DNA from: Octopus bimaculoides
Taxonomy: Eukaryota
Direction of reading: 5' to 3'
Assembly (NCBI RefSeq): GCF_001194135.2
Contig: NC_068994.1
Span: 44,179,931 to 44,243,930 of the forward strand
Length of the DNA: 64,000 bases
Shown here: positions 25,266 to 37,885 of the stretch, piece after piece
Layout of the letters: every line of letters starts with the position of its first letter
How positions within the stretch are numbered: position 1 is the stretch's first letter
Made by a program: the position numbers and the translations under genes
The notes under the pieces: model-generated
Told to the model about the DNA's origin: nothing
What the model saw: the letters and a program-made list of their open reading frames with translations, nothing else
Databases searched by the model: none

Positions 25266-25469
25266 TACTCTTTTACTTGTTTCAGTCATTTGACTGTGGC
25301 CATGCTGGAGCACCGCCTTTAGTCAAATCAAATCGACCCCAGGACTTATTCTTTGTAAGCCTAGTACTTATTCTATCGGTCTCTTTTGCCAAATCACTAA
25401 GTTACAGAGACATAAACACACCAGCATCGGTTGTCAAGCGATGTTGGTGGGACAAACACAGACACACAA

Positions 25470-25510
<41 letters not shown>

Positions 25511-25680
25511 AATATATACAATGGGCTTCTTTCAGTTTCTGTCCACCAAATCCACTCACAAGGCATTGGTCGGCCCAAGGCTATAGTAGAAGACACTTGC
25601 CCAAGATGCCATGCAGTGGGACTGAACCCAGAACCATGTGGTTGGTAAGCAAGCTACTTACCACACAGCCACTCCTGCAC
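25266..25680 (-). mobile_element. SINE-A, full length
   Basis: Colinear with 11060-11462. Confidence 0.95.
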
Positions 25681-25689
25681 CTTATTTTT

Positions 25690-26155
25690 TTTTGTCTTTC
25701 TTTGTTTCAGTCTTTAGACAGTGGCCATGCTGGATCACTACCTTCAAGAATTTTTTCGTCGAATGAATTGACCCCAGTAGTTATTATTATTTAGGTTTTT
25801 TTTTTTTTTTTGAAAGCCTGATATTTATTTTATTGGTCTCTTTTGCCAAACTGCTAGATTACAGGGATGCAAACACTCCAATACTATTTGTTGAGTAGTG
25901 GTGAGAGGAAAAACAGACACAAAAACACCCATATGCATGCGCATGCACACACACACACACACACAAACTTACACACACGCATTTATTTGTATATACAATG
26001 GGCTTCTTTCAGTTTCCATCTACCAAATCACTCACAAGGTTTTGGTCAGGCCAAGAATATAACAGAAGGCACTTGCCCAAAGTGCCATGCCGTGGGACTG
26101 ACCCAGACCCATATGATTGGGAAGTAAGCTTCTTACCACACAACCACACCTGTGC
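25690..26155 (-). mobile_element. SINE-A, full length, older copy directly adjacent to previous
   Basis: Same module order, more diverged. Confidence 0.85.
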
Positions 26156-26456
26156 TTTTAGGTAAATATCTTTTACAATAGCCTTAGTTTAATTCGACCA
26201 ATACCTTGCGAATGTTAGATTGTCTGTGTAGAGAAGAAAATGGGCAGAATTTCATTGTGTGTGTGTGTGTATGTGTGTGTGTATATGTGTATGTGTGCAT
26301 GTGTTTGTGTATAACTCTATGCATATGTGTGTGACTATGTTTGTGTATATTAGCGTAAATCAGAATTTTATAAAAACAAATATATGAATACATATACATA
26401 TATATATATGTATACATATGTGTGTCTGTGTATATACATATGCATGCATACACACA

Positions 26457-26495
<39 letters not shown>

Positions 26496-26623
26496 TTATA
26501 TACAAGTAAATATATATATATATGTGTAGAGACACACACACACACACATTAAAACCTTTTTCTATACAAAAGACTTGAAATCACATGTGATTTCTTTTTT
26601 TTCTCCTCTCCTTTTCACTAGTG

Positions 26624-26661
<38 letters not shown>

Positions 26662-27024
26662 AATTTACCTTATGAATACATACACAAATATATTTTCAGT
26701 TAAACTATAATACCCAGTTAAGATTCGCAATGTCCATGTATCTGTCCCTCACATCATGCGCATTCTCAACCCCAGCTTTCACCTACCTCCCCCCCTACCA
26801 CTATACCCATTAAATCCTCTTGCCCCACTCCCCACTCACATGTTATACAAAAACATTTATTCTGTGAAAACGTGTTTTTGCATTTTCATTTTCATACATA
26901 TGGATTCATAGAACAAAACTCTTGCCCCAATAACACAAAAATATATATATATGCAATAGCATATAAAGATTTATATATATATATATTTAAATATATATTT
27001 AAATATATATATATATATATTTAA

Positions 27025-27063
<39 letters not shown>

Positions 27064-27064
27064 C

Positions 27065-27220
27065 AACGAGTTTCTTTCAGTTTCCTTCTACCAAATCCAC
27101 TGACAAGGCTTTGGTCGGCCCGAGGCTATAGTAGAAGACACTTGCCCAAGGTGCCACACAGTGGGACTGAACCCAGAAACATGTGGCTGGTAAGCAAGCT
27201 TCTTACCACACAGCCACACT
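27065..27220 (-). mobile_element. SINE-A head+core only
   Basis: Colinear with the head of 11060-11462; flanked by (TA)n. Confidence 0.9.
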
Positions 27221-27226
27221 TGTATG

Positions 27227-27260
<34 letters not shown>

Positions 27261-27282
27261 CATGTATATATATATATATATA

Positions 27283-27354
<72 letters not shown>

Positions 27355-27846
27355 ACACACACACGCATATATATAGAGAGAGAGACACTCAGACAGACAG
27401 ACAAACAGACCGGTAGATAGTATACATACATACATGCATAGATGCACACACACATACATACATGCATGCATGCATGCATACATACATACATATATACATA
27501 TGAATGTAAGAATAAACGTATAAAAATGCATGATAGCACATGGCTGTATACATAATTACAAATGTATACTTTGATTTGTATATAATCATTCACATAGTGT
27601 TTTACATATGTATGTATGTATGCCTTTATGTATGTAATTATGCATGGATGGATGGACAGATGGATGGACAGATGGGTGTATCTATGTATGTTTGTATCTG
27701 TGTATGTATCTGTGTTTCTATCTAACTTTGTATGTGCGCACACATGCATGCATGAATGCATGTGTTTGTGTATTTTCGAAAAAATGTCCTTATCAAATAA
27801 TGAGAGAATATGCAGTGTCCTAAAAATGGCAATGCCATAAATCTAG

Positions 27847-27957
27847 CCCTGATCAATTGTCCAGCTATACCCAGTTCAAGTGGCATGAATGGGAGGGCAT
27901 TAGACCAGCAATCCTGGAATCTATGAGTCATGGCAGTCAACAGAAATGTGTGTGGGG
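27847..27957 (+). CDS. Weak candidate exon (PDQLSSYTQFKWHEWEGIRPAILESMSHGSQQKCVW)
   Basis: 111 nt, phase 2-2, strong GG|gtgagt donor, weak aaatctag acceptor. Confidence 0.15.
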
Positions 27958-28167
27958 GTGAGTGAGGCGTTGGGGGCCAAGAGGATTTAATGGGTATTGT
28001 ACAGGAGTTGGGGGTGGGGGTGAAAGCTGGGATTGAGGATGTGCATGATGTGAGGGAGAGATAGATGGACATTGTGATTCTTAACTGGCTGTTAGCTGGT
28101 TTATTATTAATGCTAAAAGGATGTTTGAATCATTCTACACCTACTCTCACACATACATATATGTATA

Positions 28168-28545
28168 TCTTTTACTTTCTTTTACTTGTTTCAGTCATTT
28201 GACTGTGGCCATGCTGGAGCACCACCTTTAGTCGAGTAAATCGACCCCAGGACTTATTTTTCGTAAGCTTAGTACTTATTCTATCGGTCTCTCTTGCCGA
28301 ACCGCTAAGTCACGGGGACGTAAACACACCAGCATCGGAGGACAAACACATAAACATATACACACACATACATATACATATATACGACGGGCTTCTTTCA
28401 GTTTCCATCTACCAAATTCACTCACAAAGCTTTGGTCAGCCCGAGGCTATAGTAGAAGACACTTGCCCAAGGTGCCAAACAGTGGGAATGAACCCGAAAC
28501 CATGTGGCTGGTAAGCAAGCTACTTACCACACAGCCACTCCTGTG
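28168..28545 (-). mobile_element. SINE-A, full length, young
   Basis: Colinear with 11060-11462; CpGs retained; short internal deletion in the tail. Confidence 0.95.
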
Positions 28546-29303
28546 TGTGTGTATGTATGTATCTATGTATGTACGTATATGTGTGCCTCTCTGTGTGTGT
28601 GTAATATTATTATTATTAATCAGTCATAAGATTCATTAGAATCTAGGTATTTTAATGTTCAGGACAGCAGGAAAGAGTCAAGATCTACATGTACATAGAT
28701 GTACCAAATACATACAACACAATATAACATGTATATATACTAATATACACACATACACAGATATACATACATATGGGTATATGTATGTATGTGTGTGTGT
28801 CCATATGCACATGTAAGTACATAATCTAATGCAAGTTACAGATCCAACATAGGGATGGTTCCAGGCATTTGTATAAAATAAGAACCTTTAAAATCCTATT
28901 ATGGTAAAGATAGGTTTATTTTCTGAAGGTAAGTGGACAACTGTGGGTATGCTCCTTTTTTAATAGGCATCATCAGCACAGTTGTTATCCTACCTTGAAT
29001 GTAGCGAACACAGTATTTAGATGCATGTGAAAAGGATTTGAACACATTTATGGCTTAGGGTAATTTGCATAATATAAAGGGGAAATAACTCAGAGTGACC
29101 ATTGGTATGAATGTAAACAATAAAGGTGAATACAGGTAGACCAAATTCTGTATAAATAATGTAAACATCGTTATTTTAATTAATCTAATGCTGTTTCAAG
29201 TGCACATACACTCATACACACAGATATACGTGTGTGTGTGTGATAGATAGATAGATACATACATACATACATAGCTAAATAGATAGATACATACATACAT
29301 ACA

Positions 29304-29335
<32 letters not shown>

Positions 29336-29655
29336 GACACACACAGACATACACACAAACACACACATATTTGTTATGTGTGCATGCATATAAACGATGA
29401 TGATGATGATGATGCAGATGCAGATGCAGTAACTCTTTGGCTATTGACAAATTTCTGCCAACAGTAACTACAACCAACTTCTTCAGATTCCATTTTAACA
29501 ATATTTTTTTCTTTTCCTTTTGATAAAATCTGTTTTAGTAAGAAAGTTTTGTGCAGTTAGGCATGAGGTACATTTAATGGCTAAAGATATATTACCATTT
29601 TGTATACACAGTACATGGCAGCACTAAGTCTGAATGATATTAAAATTGCTTTCAG

Positions 29656-29786
29656 AACAGGAAGATATTTATATAAATGTACACAGAACTATGATGTCAT
29701 ACATTCACATGACATTCCATCTGTTTACCAAAATTTGAGAAAAAAACAACTTGGTTTTATAAGTTCAACAGAAGAAAGTAGAGAAA
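29656..29786 (+). CDS. Candidate internal coding exon (TGRYLYKCTQNYDVIHSHDIPSVYQNLRKKQLGFISSTEESRE), gene unidentified
   Basis: ttgctttcag|A acceptor, AA|gtatgt donor, 131 nt, only one of three frames open (43 codons). No family recognised. Confidence 0.35.
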
Positions 29787-29838
29787 GTATGTAATATTTT
29801 GTAATTTTTTTAGATTAGTCTCTGCTTTAGTCCTAGAT

Positions 29839-30060
29839 TTAACCTTTTAGCATTAAAACCAGCCATATCTAACCCAATATTCTACTCGTTTTATGTTCAA
29901 TTAAGCCATATCCAGCCTCTCATACCAGCCCTACAATGTCAATCTAAAAATAAACAATCATTAAATTCTCAAAGTTAGTCAATGACACATGATTAATTCA
30001 AAACAATGTAAACAAATAAGCATTAAATTTGACAGAGTGAGCTGAATGCTAAAGGATCAA
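29839..30060. mobile_element. piggyBac-like MITE
   Basis: TTAA-ccttttagcatt...aatgctaaagga-tcaa termini; related copy at 45360-45576. Confidence 0.65.
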
Positions 30061-30182
30061 AAATGGTTGAATTAATCTGCTGTTCTGTTTAGCACCACAG
30101 CATGGCACTTAAGTTCCTTCAGCAGAATCCTACTCTGTTGCAAGCATTCAAGCCAGGTCCCTAGAATAACAGTAACTGTAGA

Positions 30183-30420
30183 GACACATGGCTAAAGGGT
30201 TAGGGTATTGGGCTTGTGATTGTAAGATTGTGGTTTCAATTCCTGGACTGGGCAACATGTTATGTTCTTGAGCTAAAGATTTCATTTCACATTGTCCAAG
30301 TCTTCTCAGCTGGAAAAGACGAATAATCCTGCGATGGACTGGCATTCCATCCATGTGGAGAATTTATATGCCATGGATACCAGGAAACCAGCCCGTATGA
30401 GTCAGTGTGACTCAAGAAGG
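30183..30420 (+). mobile_element. SINE-C (tRNA head + CORE-like + tail 2)
   Basis: ggctaaagggttagggt...gtggtttcaattcctggactggg...cctgcgatggactggcattccatcc. Confidence 0.8.
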
Positions 30421-30469
30421 TAACTTTTAGTGACAGTACTAGTGACTCTTTCACTAGTATCATTATTGG

Positions 30470-30850
30470 GCTTAGGTTGGTTGAGTCCCATTGTGTGGCA
30501 CCTTGGGTAAGAGTCTTCTAACATAGCCCTGGGCTGACCAGTGCATTTGTGAGTTAATTTGATAGACAGAAATTGAATTAAGCCCGTATGTATGTATGTA
30601 TGTGTGTATGTATGTATGTATGTATGTATGTATGTATGTATGTATGTGTTTGTCTTCCTCACCACTTGACAACCAGAGTTGGTTTGTTTACATCCCAGTA
30701 ACTTAGCAGTTCTGCAAAGACACTGGTAGAATAAATGCCAGACTTAAAACAAGTTTTGGGTTGAGTTGTTAAGCTAAAACATTTTAAGAGAGTGCCCCAG
30801 CATGGCCAACGTCCAGTGACTGAAACAAGTAAGAGATAAAAGATAAAGGT
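30470..30850 (+). mobile_element. SINE-A (head partly lost), internal (TATG)n
   Basis: gtggcaccttgggtaagagtcttcta...cacttgacaaccagagttgg...ccagcatggccaacgtccagtgactgaaacaagtaagag. Confidence 0.85.
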
Positions 30851-30951
30851 TTGAGTTCACATAGGCATAAATCAAAAAAGGAATCTCTACATGGTCGCTC
30901 AAGTTGCTAAAAATAGCAGTTAAATTTCTCTCAAATCACATCCTGTCATCA

Positions 30952-30995
<44 letters not shown>

Positions 30996-31199
30996 TAGAA
31001 GAAAGAGTGAAGCTTGTTAAATTTCTTCCAACCACTTAAAGTACTTCAAATTTTCAACGGATTACTTTTTAAAAATTGTAGTTTTGCATTCTGGTGACAA
31101 ATATTGCATTCATCTGTTGTAGAAATTAATAATAAAGAAGTTACATCAGTACAGAAAATTTGAAAAAAAATCTGGTGAACTTCAAGTGATGAGAAGAAA

Positions 31200-31510
31200 A
31201 TTTAATTAGATCTGAAAGAGCAGTCCCTATGACCTTCATCAAGGCCTTGAAGATGGAAAGAAGAAAGAGAGGAAGGCATCCTTAGATGGACAAGCTAGGC
31301 CTGAAAGCTCACAGCAGACTAGATTCTATTACAGGAGTTCAAGGGTCAATGCTGGTATTTAAAGAAATAACATTGGCATTAGGAAGGGCATCCAGCTTTA
31401 GAAACTCTGCCAAATCAGATTGGAGCCTGGCATAGCCATCTGGTTCGCAAGTCCTCAGTCAAATTGTCCAACCCATGCTAGCATGGAAGCAAACGTTAAA
31501 CAATGATGAA
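31200..31510 (+). mobile_element. Degenerate RTE LINE 3' end with family D tail
   Basis: gaaagaagaaagagaggaaggcatcc (..RKRGRHP) followed by ggcattaggaagggcatccagc...aacccatgctagcatggaagcaaacgttaaac. Confidence 0.65.
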
Positions 31511-31786
31511 CATATTGAATAATGTAGGCCTGGATATAAAATGGATGTGACAAAAAAGATGGTGCAATCATGTCTGGAATATCGTTGATTAATGGTTTAC
31601 TTGATAAGGACTATCCTAGGCTTAGCAACAACAACAAAAAAAAGCTTTAACAAGATGATTTGAAAAAATTGTTTAAATCGAAAGTGGGCAAACTATAATA
31701 GCCCCTATGCATATAATACAGTAATTAGCAATACCTATAAATATACATGCATATACATACATGTATGTGTGTGTGTGAGTGAGTGA

Positions 31787-31843
<57 letters not shown>

Positions 31844-32476
31844 NNNNNNNNNNNNNNNNNNNNNNNNNNNNNNNNNNNNNNNNNNNNNNNNNNNNNNNNN
31901 NNNNNNNNNNNNNNNNNNNNNNNNNNNNNNNNNNNNNNNNNNNNNNNNNNNNNNNNNNNNNNNNNNNNNNNNNNNNNNNNNNNNNNNNNNNNNNNNNNNN
32001 NNNNNNNNNNNNNNNNNNNNNNNNNNNNNNNNNNNNNNNNNNNNNNNNNNNNNNNNNNNNNNNNNNNNNNNNNNNNNNNNNNNNNNNNNNNNNNNNNNNN
32101 NNNNNNNNNNNNNNNNNNNNNNNNNNNNNNNNNNNNNNNNNNNNNNNNNNNNNNNNNNNNNNNNNNNNNNNNNNNNNNNNNNNNNNNNNNNNNNNNNNNN
32201 NNNNNNNNNNNNNNNNNNNNNNNNNNNNNNNNNNNNNNNNNNNNNNNNNNNNNNNNNNNNNNNNNNNNNNNNNNNNNNNNNNNNNNNNNNNNNNNNNNNN
32301 NNNNNNNNNNNNNNNNNNNNNNNNNNNNNNNNNNNNNNNNNNNNNNNNNNNNNNNNNNNNNNNNNNNNNNNNNNNNNNNNNNNNNNNNNNNNNNNNNNNN
32401 NNNNNNNNNNNNNNNNNNNNNNNNNNNNNNNNNNNNNNNNNNNNNNNNNNNTATTATATATATATATATATATATT

Positions 32477-32880
32477 TACTCTTTTACTTGTTTCATCATT
32501 TGACTATGACCATGCTGGAGCACCGCCTTTAGTCGAGCAAATCGACCCCAGGACTTATTCTTTGGAAGGCTAGTACTTATTCTATCAGGATTTTTTGTCA
32601 AACTGCTAAGTTATGAGGACGTAAACACACCAGCATCAGTTGTCAAGCAATGTTGGGGGGACAAACACAGACACCCAAGCATATACATACACATACATAT
32701 ATATATATATATATATACAACAGGTTTCTTTCAGTTTCCTTCAACCAAATCCACTCACAAAGCTTTGGTTGGCCCGAGACTATAGTAGAAGACACTTGTC
32801 CAAAGTGCTACACAGTGGGACTGAACCTGGAACCATGTGGCTGGTAAGCAAGCTACTGACCACACAGCCACTCTTACGCC
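32477..32880 (-). mobile_element. SINE-A, full length
   Basis: Colinear with 11060-11462. Confidence 0.93.
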
Positions 32881-34059
32881 TAAACATAAACATATATATG
32901 TAAAATATAAAAGAATATATATATATACCATATATATACATAACATATAATATTTGTGTGTGTGTACATAAGTATGTATATGTGTAAATCTCTGTGTATG
33001 TACATATTTGCATATATATGCGTGTAAGATATATAGTATATACATATATATATATACATAACGTATAGTATTTGTGCGTGTGTGTGTGTGTGTGTGTGTA
33101 CATATCTGTGATGCTAAAATCTAATCCTGAGGCTTATATTCCAAGAATATAAAGAACAATCATTGCAATGAAAGTTGGCCAAGATATAACCTGTGCTGCT
33201 AAAAATTACCGTTCAGTTCAGACATAAAACTCGTCCATAAAAAGAAACACTTATAATTGATAGAATTTTTACAGCTATTTTCCCATTCTTGGAAGTGTAT
33301 CTTTCCATATATGAAACTTGAAGAAACACCTGATCCCATGAAAGTATTTCCCATGAACCTAAAACACATTTGCTAATAACAGCAGGGTGAGTTTGAGTTT
33401 TCTTCCTCTACTATATGTAGGTAAATGTGAACTAACTACATTTATTTGTTATCTTTTTCTTGAGAATTCTAGCATCATAAGATTAACTAATTTGATTTCA
33501 TATGATCGGGACAATTCTCTGTTCAGGCTTTCTAACTAGTTTACTTAATTATTATCAACTAGCATTAGCTTCGTATGTCAATTTATTTGTAAATTCTTCT
33601 TTGAAATAGAGAAATGTTTTAGTAATTTATGCATGTAGTGTGTTTACTCTTTCACTAAAGCTGTTCGATATCCAGCTGGTTTCTACTGATACTGCAAGGA
33701 AAATAAATAGCTCGGTTTTATGAATTACTGAAAAGTTTTGTGCAGCAGGAGACATGTAAGAGTACATACATCGCAATAACAGCAGATGCACAACTGAAAT
33801 AAATCACAGGAAAATAAGAAAAACAAAAAGAAAAAATGGAAAACTTATTCACTGTACAGAGAACAGACATAGGGAGTCTCAATCTGAACCAAAAAGAACA
33901 TAAAAAAGTAAGAATGGAAACAAAAATATCATACAAAAATACTCCTGTCTAAGGCTTCAAAAGCAGTTTTAGACTATGTGGTAAGTGTAGAAGTGAGTAT
34001 TGTTCAAGGGATTATTAAATAGCAGTAATTATACTGGGGTTATCGTGATAGAGGGTGGA

Positions 34060-34690
34060 GGCACATGGCTTACTGCTTAAGGTGTTGAACTCATTATTGT
34101 AAGTTTGTGGTTTTGATTCTTGAATGAGGTGACACATTGTTTTCTTGAGCAAAACACTATTCAAATTTCTCCAGTCCACTCAGCTGGCAAAAATGAGTAA
34201 TCCTATGAGAGACCAGTGCTCCATCCAAGGGGATTATATGTGTCATGGAAACTGGGAAACCAGACATATAAGTCTAACAGTGGGCAAAGAGTGGGGAAAA
34301 TGTGGTAGCAATTGCCACAGCAGAGCTGATGATAATGTAAATATTAGTGGTGTGAGAGGTAATGTTTGAATATGTATTGTTTATTTATAATCTTTGAATG
34401 CATGTGGCTTAGTGGTTGGGGTATTTCACTCATGATAGTGAGGTCATGAGTTCAATTCCCAATGGCACATTGTGTCCTTCAGCAAGACACTTTATTTTAC
34501 GTTGCTCCAGTCCATTCAGCTGACAAAAATAGGTAGTACCTGTAATTCTAAAGGGCTAGCTTTGTCACAGTCTATGTCACGCTGAATCTCCCTGAGAACT
34601 ATATTAAGGGTATGCATGTCTGTGGAGTACTCAGCCATTTGCATGGCTGTTCTGTTGATCAGATCAACTGGAACCCTTGTCGCAATCAAC
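34060..34690 (+). mobile_element. Two SINE-C copies: 34060-34290 (tail 2) and 34400-34690 (tail 1)
   Basis: Same head/core (cttgagcaaaacact...ccagtccactcagctg) followed by different tails. Confidence 0.8.
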
Positions 34691-35049
34691 AAAGTACCAG
34701 GATTTATAATCTTCACTGAAGCAAATTATAAGTAACCATCTGACAGTATTCTCAATGTTATATACATTAACAAAATTCACTCGCAGAGCCTGTCTCATGA
34801 TCACAATGTAAAGCTTGCAGGATATGAAGCTATTGATCAAAATAACGATGCTGGTTTGTCTAAATGTCTGCAATGGAAGTATTTTAATAAATGGAAATGA
34901 TATTAGTTGTATGCTAACATCTCATGAATAATAGGTAGTCAAAAACTATCAAGTATAAAATAATTGAAGCTTTACACATGATTGTCTTTTAAATAATTTC
35001 TAAACCTTACAAAATCCATCTGTATCCTGTAAGATTTTGCTGCTTTTCA

Positions 35050-35880
35050 ATGTGATCAGTCACACAGCAAACGAAATACACTGAACAGCAAATATACAGC
35101 AGACCAACAATATTGTACACTAAACATACCGTGCACCAAACACTGTAACCAGCCATAATAGACACCAACCATATTGTATACCAACATAACTGTACACCAG
35201 TTATAGTGTACAACATTCATGTTATACACTAGTTATGATATACATCAGCCATATTATACACCAACCACATAGTACATTAATTCTACTGTACAACATTCAT
35301 GCTGTATGTCCACCATACTGTATACTAACCATACTGTACACCAGCCATATTGTACACCAACCATACTGTATGTCAACCACACAGACATCAACTATTCTGT
35401 ACACCAGCCATACTGTACTCTAACCATATTGTACATCAACTATTTTGCACACTAATTATACTATACACCAACCATGCTATACAGCAACTATACTGTACAG
35501 CAACCATTCTATACTATACATAAACTATTCTTTATACCTATCATGTTGTACACCAGAAATAATGTACAATGGCCACATTGTATACCAATCATAGTGTACT
35601 ACATTTATATCAAACACTAGCAATACTATACATCACCTATACTGTATATCACTCATACTGTATAACTAACTAGCATACATCATTGAAATTGAATATTAGC
35701 CAGTGAATAAACTAGTCATGCAGTATGCAATCCATGCTATATGCCAGACGTTCTTTACTCTAACCACAGTATACACCAACCAGAATATGTAATAGTTCTG
35801 TGAACAGTAGCCATATTGTATAACTACATATTTTATATCAGCCATTCAAAATAACTTTCACAACATGTCATATCAGACAC
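35050..35880. repeat. Degenerate ~17-bp minisatellite (CATACTGTACACCAACC-like)
   Basis: Recurring atactgtacacc / atattgtacacc units over ~830 bp. Confidence 0.8.
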
Positions 35881-35919
35881 CATTCATACAATGTCTGCCT
35901 TACTACATATATTATTCAG

Positions 35920-36320
35920 ACACTGTTAAGACCAATTGCTTCCCTGGGTTGGAGTCTTTGCACTTAACAATAATTTGTAGATAGTATCAAGTAGGTGTTT
36001 TGAAGAAGTACAACATCGAAAGAATTTTATTGTATGTGAGTGTGGGTAGGATGAGGAAATTGAGGAAAGATGAGCCACAAATGAGATGACATTTTCAGGA
36101 AATGTGTTACATTCAGAGACATCTTGATTAAGGAATGGCATACAGGAGAATTCTTCAAAGTTAATGGCAAAACACTTGGCAGGGGTTCAGGAGATTTGGT
36201 TGCAATTTGAGCAGCAAGAGTGCTTATAAATCATGTCCTGTACAAAGATGTCATTTGCTTGCCTTACAGGCATTGCCAACTGAGTAAATGCATTTCCATG
36301 TTGCAAGTTGTATATCGTTA
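35920..36320 (-). mobile_element. Possible degenerate LINE (CR1/Jockey-like) linker-region fragment
   Basis: Minus translation PFLNQD...FVAHLSSISS...IKF...L loosely resembles the EN-RT linker; uncertain. Confidence 0.25.
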
Positions 36321-36574
36321 TAATTGTAAATAGCATCCATCACATCTATATTTCTTTAGACCCATTGTGGAATAAAACCCCCTTGCAGGCTTATTTTGCA
36401 ACCAGTTTCAAACACTGAAAACAACCAGTTTTGTTGTTACTTATCAATTCATGTGTCCACTTGCTTCTCCTTTCCAAAAATATTAAATCTTAATTGCAGC
36501 AGACTATTTGTTAAAATGTATTGTCTTGACCTTTCAGTGTTCAAATTACTCTGCCAAATGTAAAACTTATTCAT

Positions 36575-36770
36575 TCATGGGTTGGACAGTTTGACAAGAG
36601 CTGGCAATGTTGAGAGCCGCACCAAGCTTCATTGTCTGTTTTGGCACGATTTCTACAGCTGGATGCTCTTCCTAATGCCAACCACTTTACAGAGTGTACT
36701 GGGTGCTTTTTACATGATACCAGCACTGTTGCTTTTTATGTGGCCATCACCAACAGAGTTACCAAAAAGC
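36575..36770 (-). mobile_element. Family D element
   Basis: catgggttggacagtttgac...tttctacagctggatgctcttcctaatgccaaccactttacagagtgtactgg. Confidence 0.8.
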
Positions 36771-37129
36771 AGTGCATTTATTTTATCCTTTTGAAAAGAA
36801 ACTTAAATTTATTCTTCCACGTACCATATTTGATGGCTTATAAGACATGCTTTTTTTTTCTTTCCAAAAAGTATCTCAGAAATCACCCCTTGTTTTATAA
36901 GCAATGTTTGACTTATGTATATTACATGCTTTAATGTGTTAAAACCCTTTTTCTTGAATATGTGCTGCTGAAATTAGGGTGCATCTAATATGCCCTGTGC
37001 ATCTTTTATTATGCCATCTAATTGACAATTGACAAGTCCCTTAATACTTTTGGGGTGGCCATTGGGGCACTGCAGCCATGCAGTGTATCTAGGGTGAGAA
37101 AGCTTGGTGGAGCCCATCCCTGTCCAGGC

Positions 37130-37420
37130 TAAACTCATTTCTACAGCTGACTGGAGTGAAGCAACATGAAATGAAGTGCTTTGCTCAAGAACACAACAGA
37201 TTACTTAGTCTGGAGATCAAAATCACAAGCTTACAGTCGTGAATCCAACACCCTAACCACTAAGCAACGTTCCTCTATTAGTGGTACTCATTTCTACAGC
37301 TGAATGGACTGGAGCAGTGTGAAGTGAAGTGTTTTGCTCAAGAACACAATGCATCACCCAGTTCAGGAATCGAAACCACAATCTTACATTCATGAGTCCA
37401 ACACTCTAACCACTAAGCCA
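37130..37420 (-). mobile_element. Two tandem SINE-C head+core units
   Basis: actcatttctacagctga...gctcaagaacacaa...taaccactaagc repeated. Confidence 0.8.
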
Positions 37421-37469
37421 CGTGCCTCCACATGCCATCAAATACAGCATATATTATCTTTTCATCTTT

Positions 37470-37885
37470 TACCTTTTACTTGTTTCAGTCATCAGACCGC
37501 AGCCATGCTGGGGCACTATCTTGAAGAATTATTTAGTCAAAAGAATCAACCCTGGTACTTATTCTTTAGGCGTGGTACTTATTCTATCAGTCTCTTTTGC
37601 CGAACCACTAAGCTATGAGAACCAAAACACACTGACACTGGTTGTCAAGCAGTGGTGTGGGACAAACAGATTCACAAGGGGACAACACACACATATGCAC
37701 ACTCACAAACACACATACACACACACATGATAGGCTTCTTTCAGTTTCCATCCACCAAATCCACTCGCAAGCCATCATCAGCCTGAAGACATAGTAGATG
37801 ACACATGCCTAAGGTGCCACACAGTGGAACTGAGCCCAGATCCATGTGGTCGGGAAGCAAGCTTCTTACCCCATAGCCACACTGA
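37470..37885 (-). mobile_element. SINE-A, full length
   Basis: Colinear with 11060-11462. Confidence 0.9.

Noticed and set aside
27954-28031. G-run cluster as a G-quadruplex
   Set aside because: Loops are long and irregular; weak candidate with no other support.
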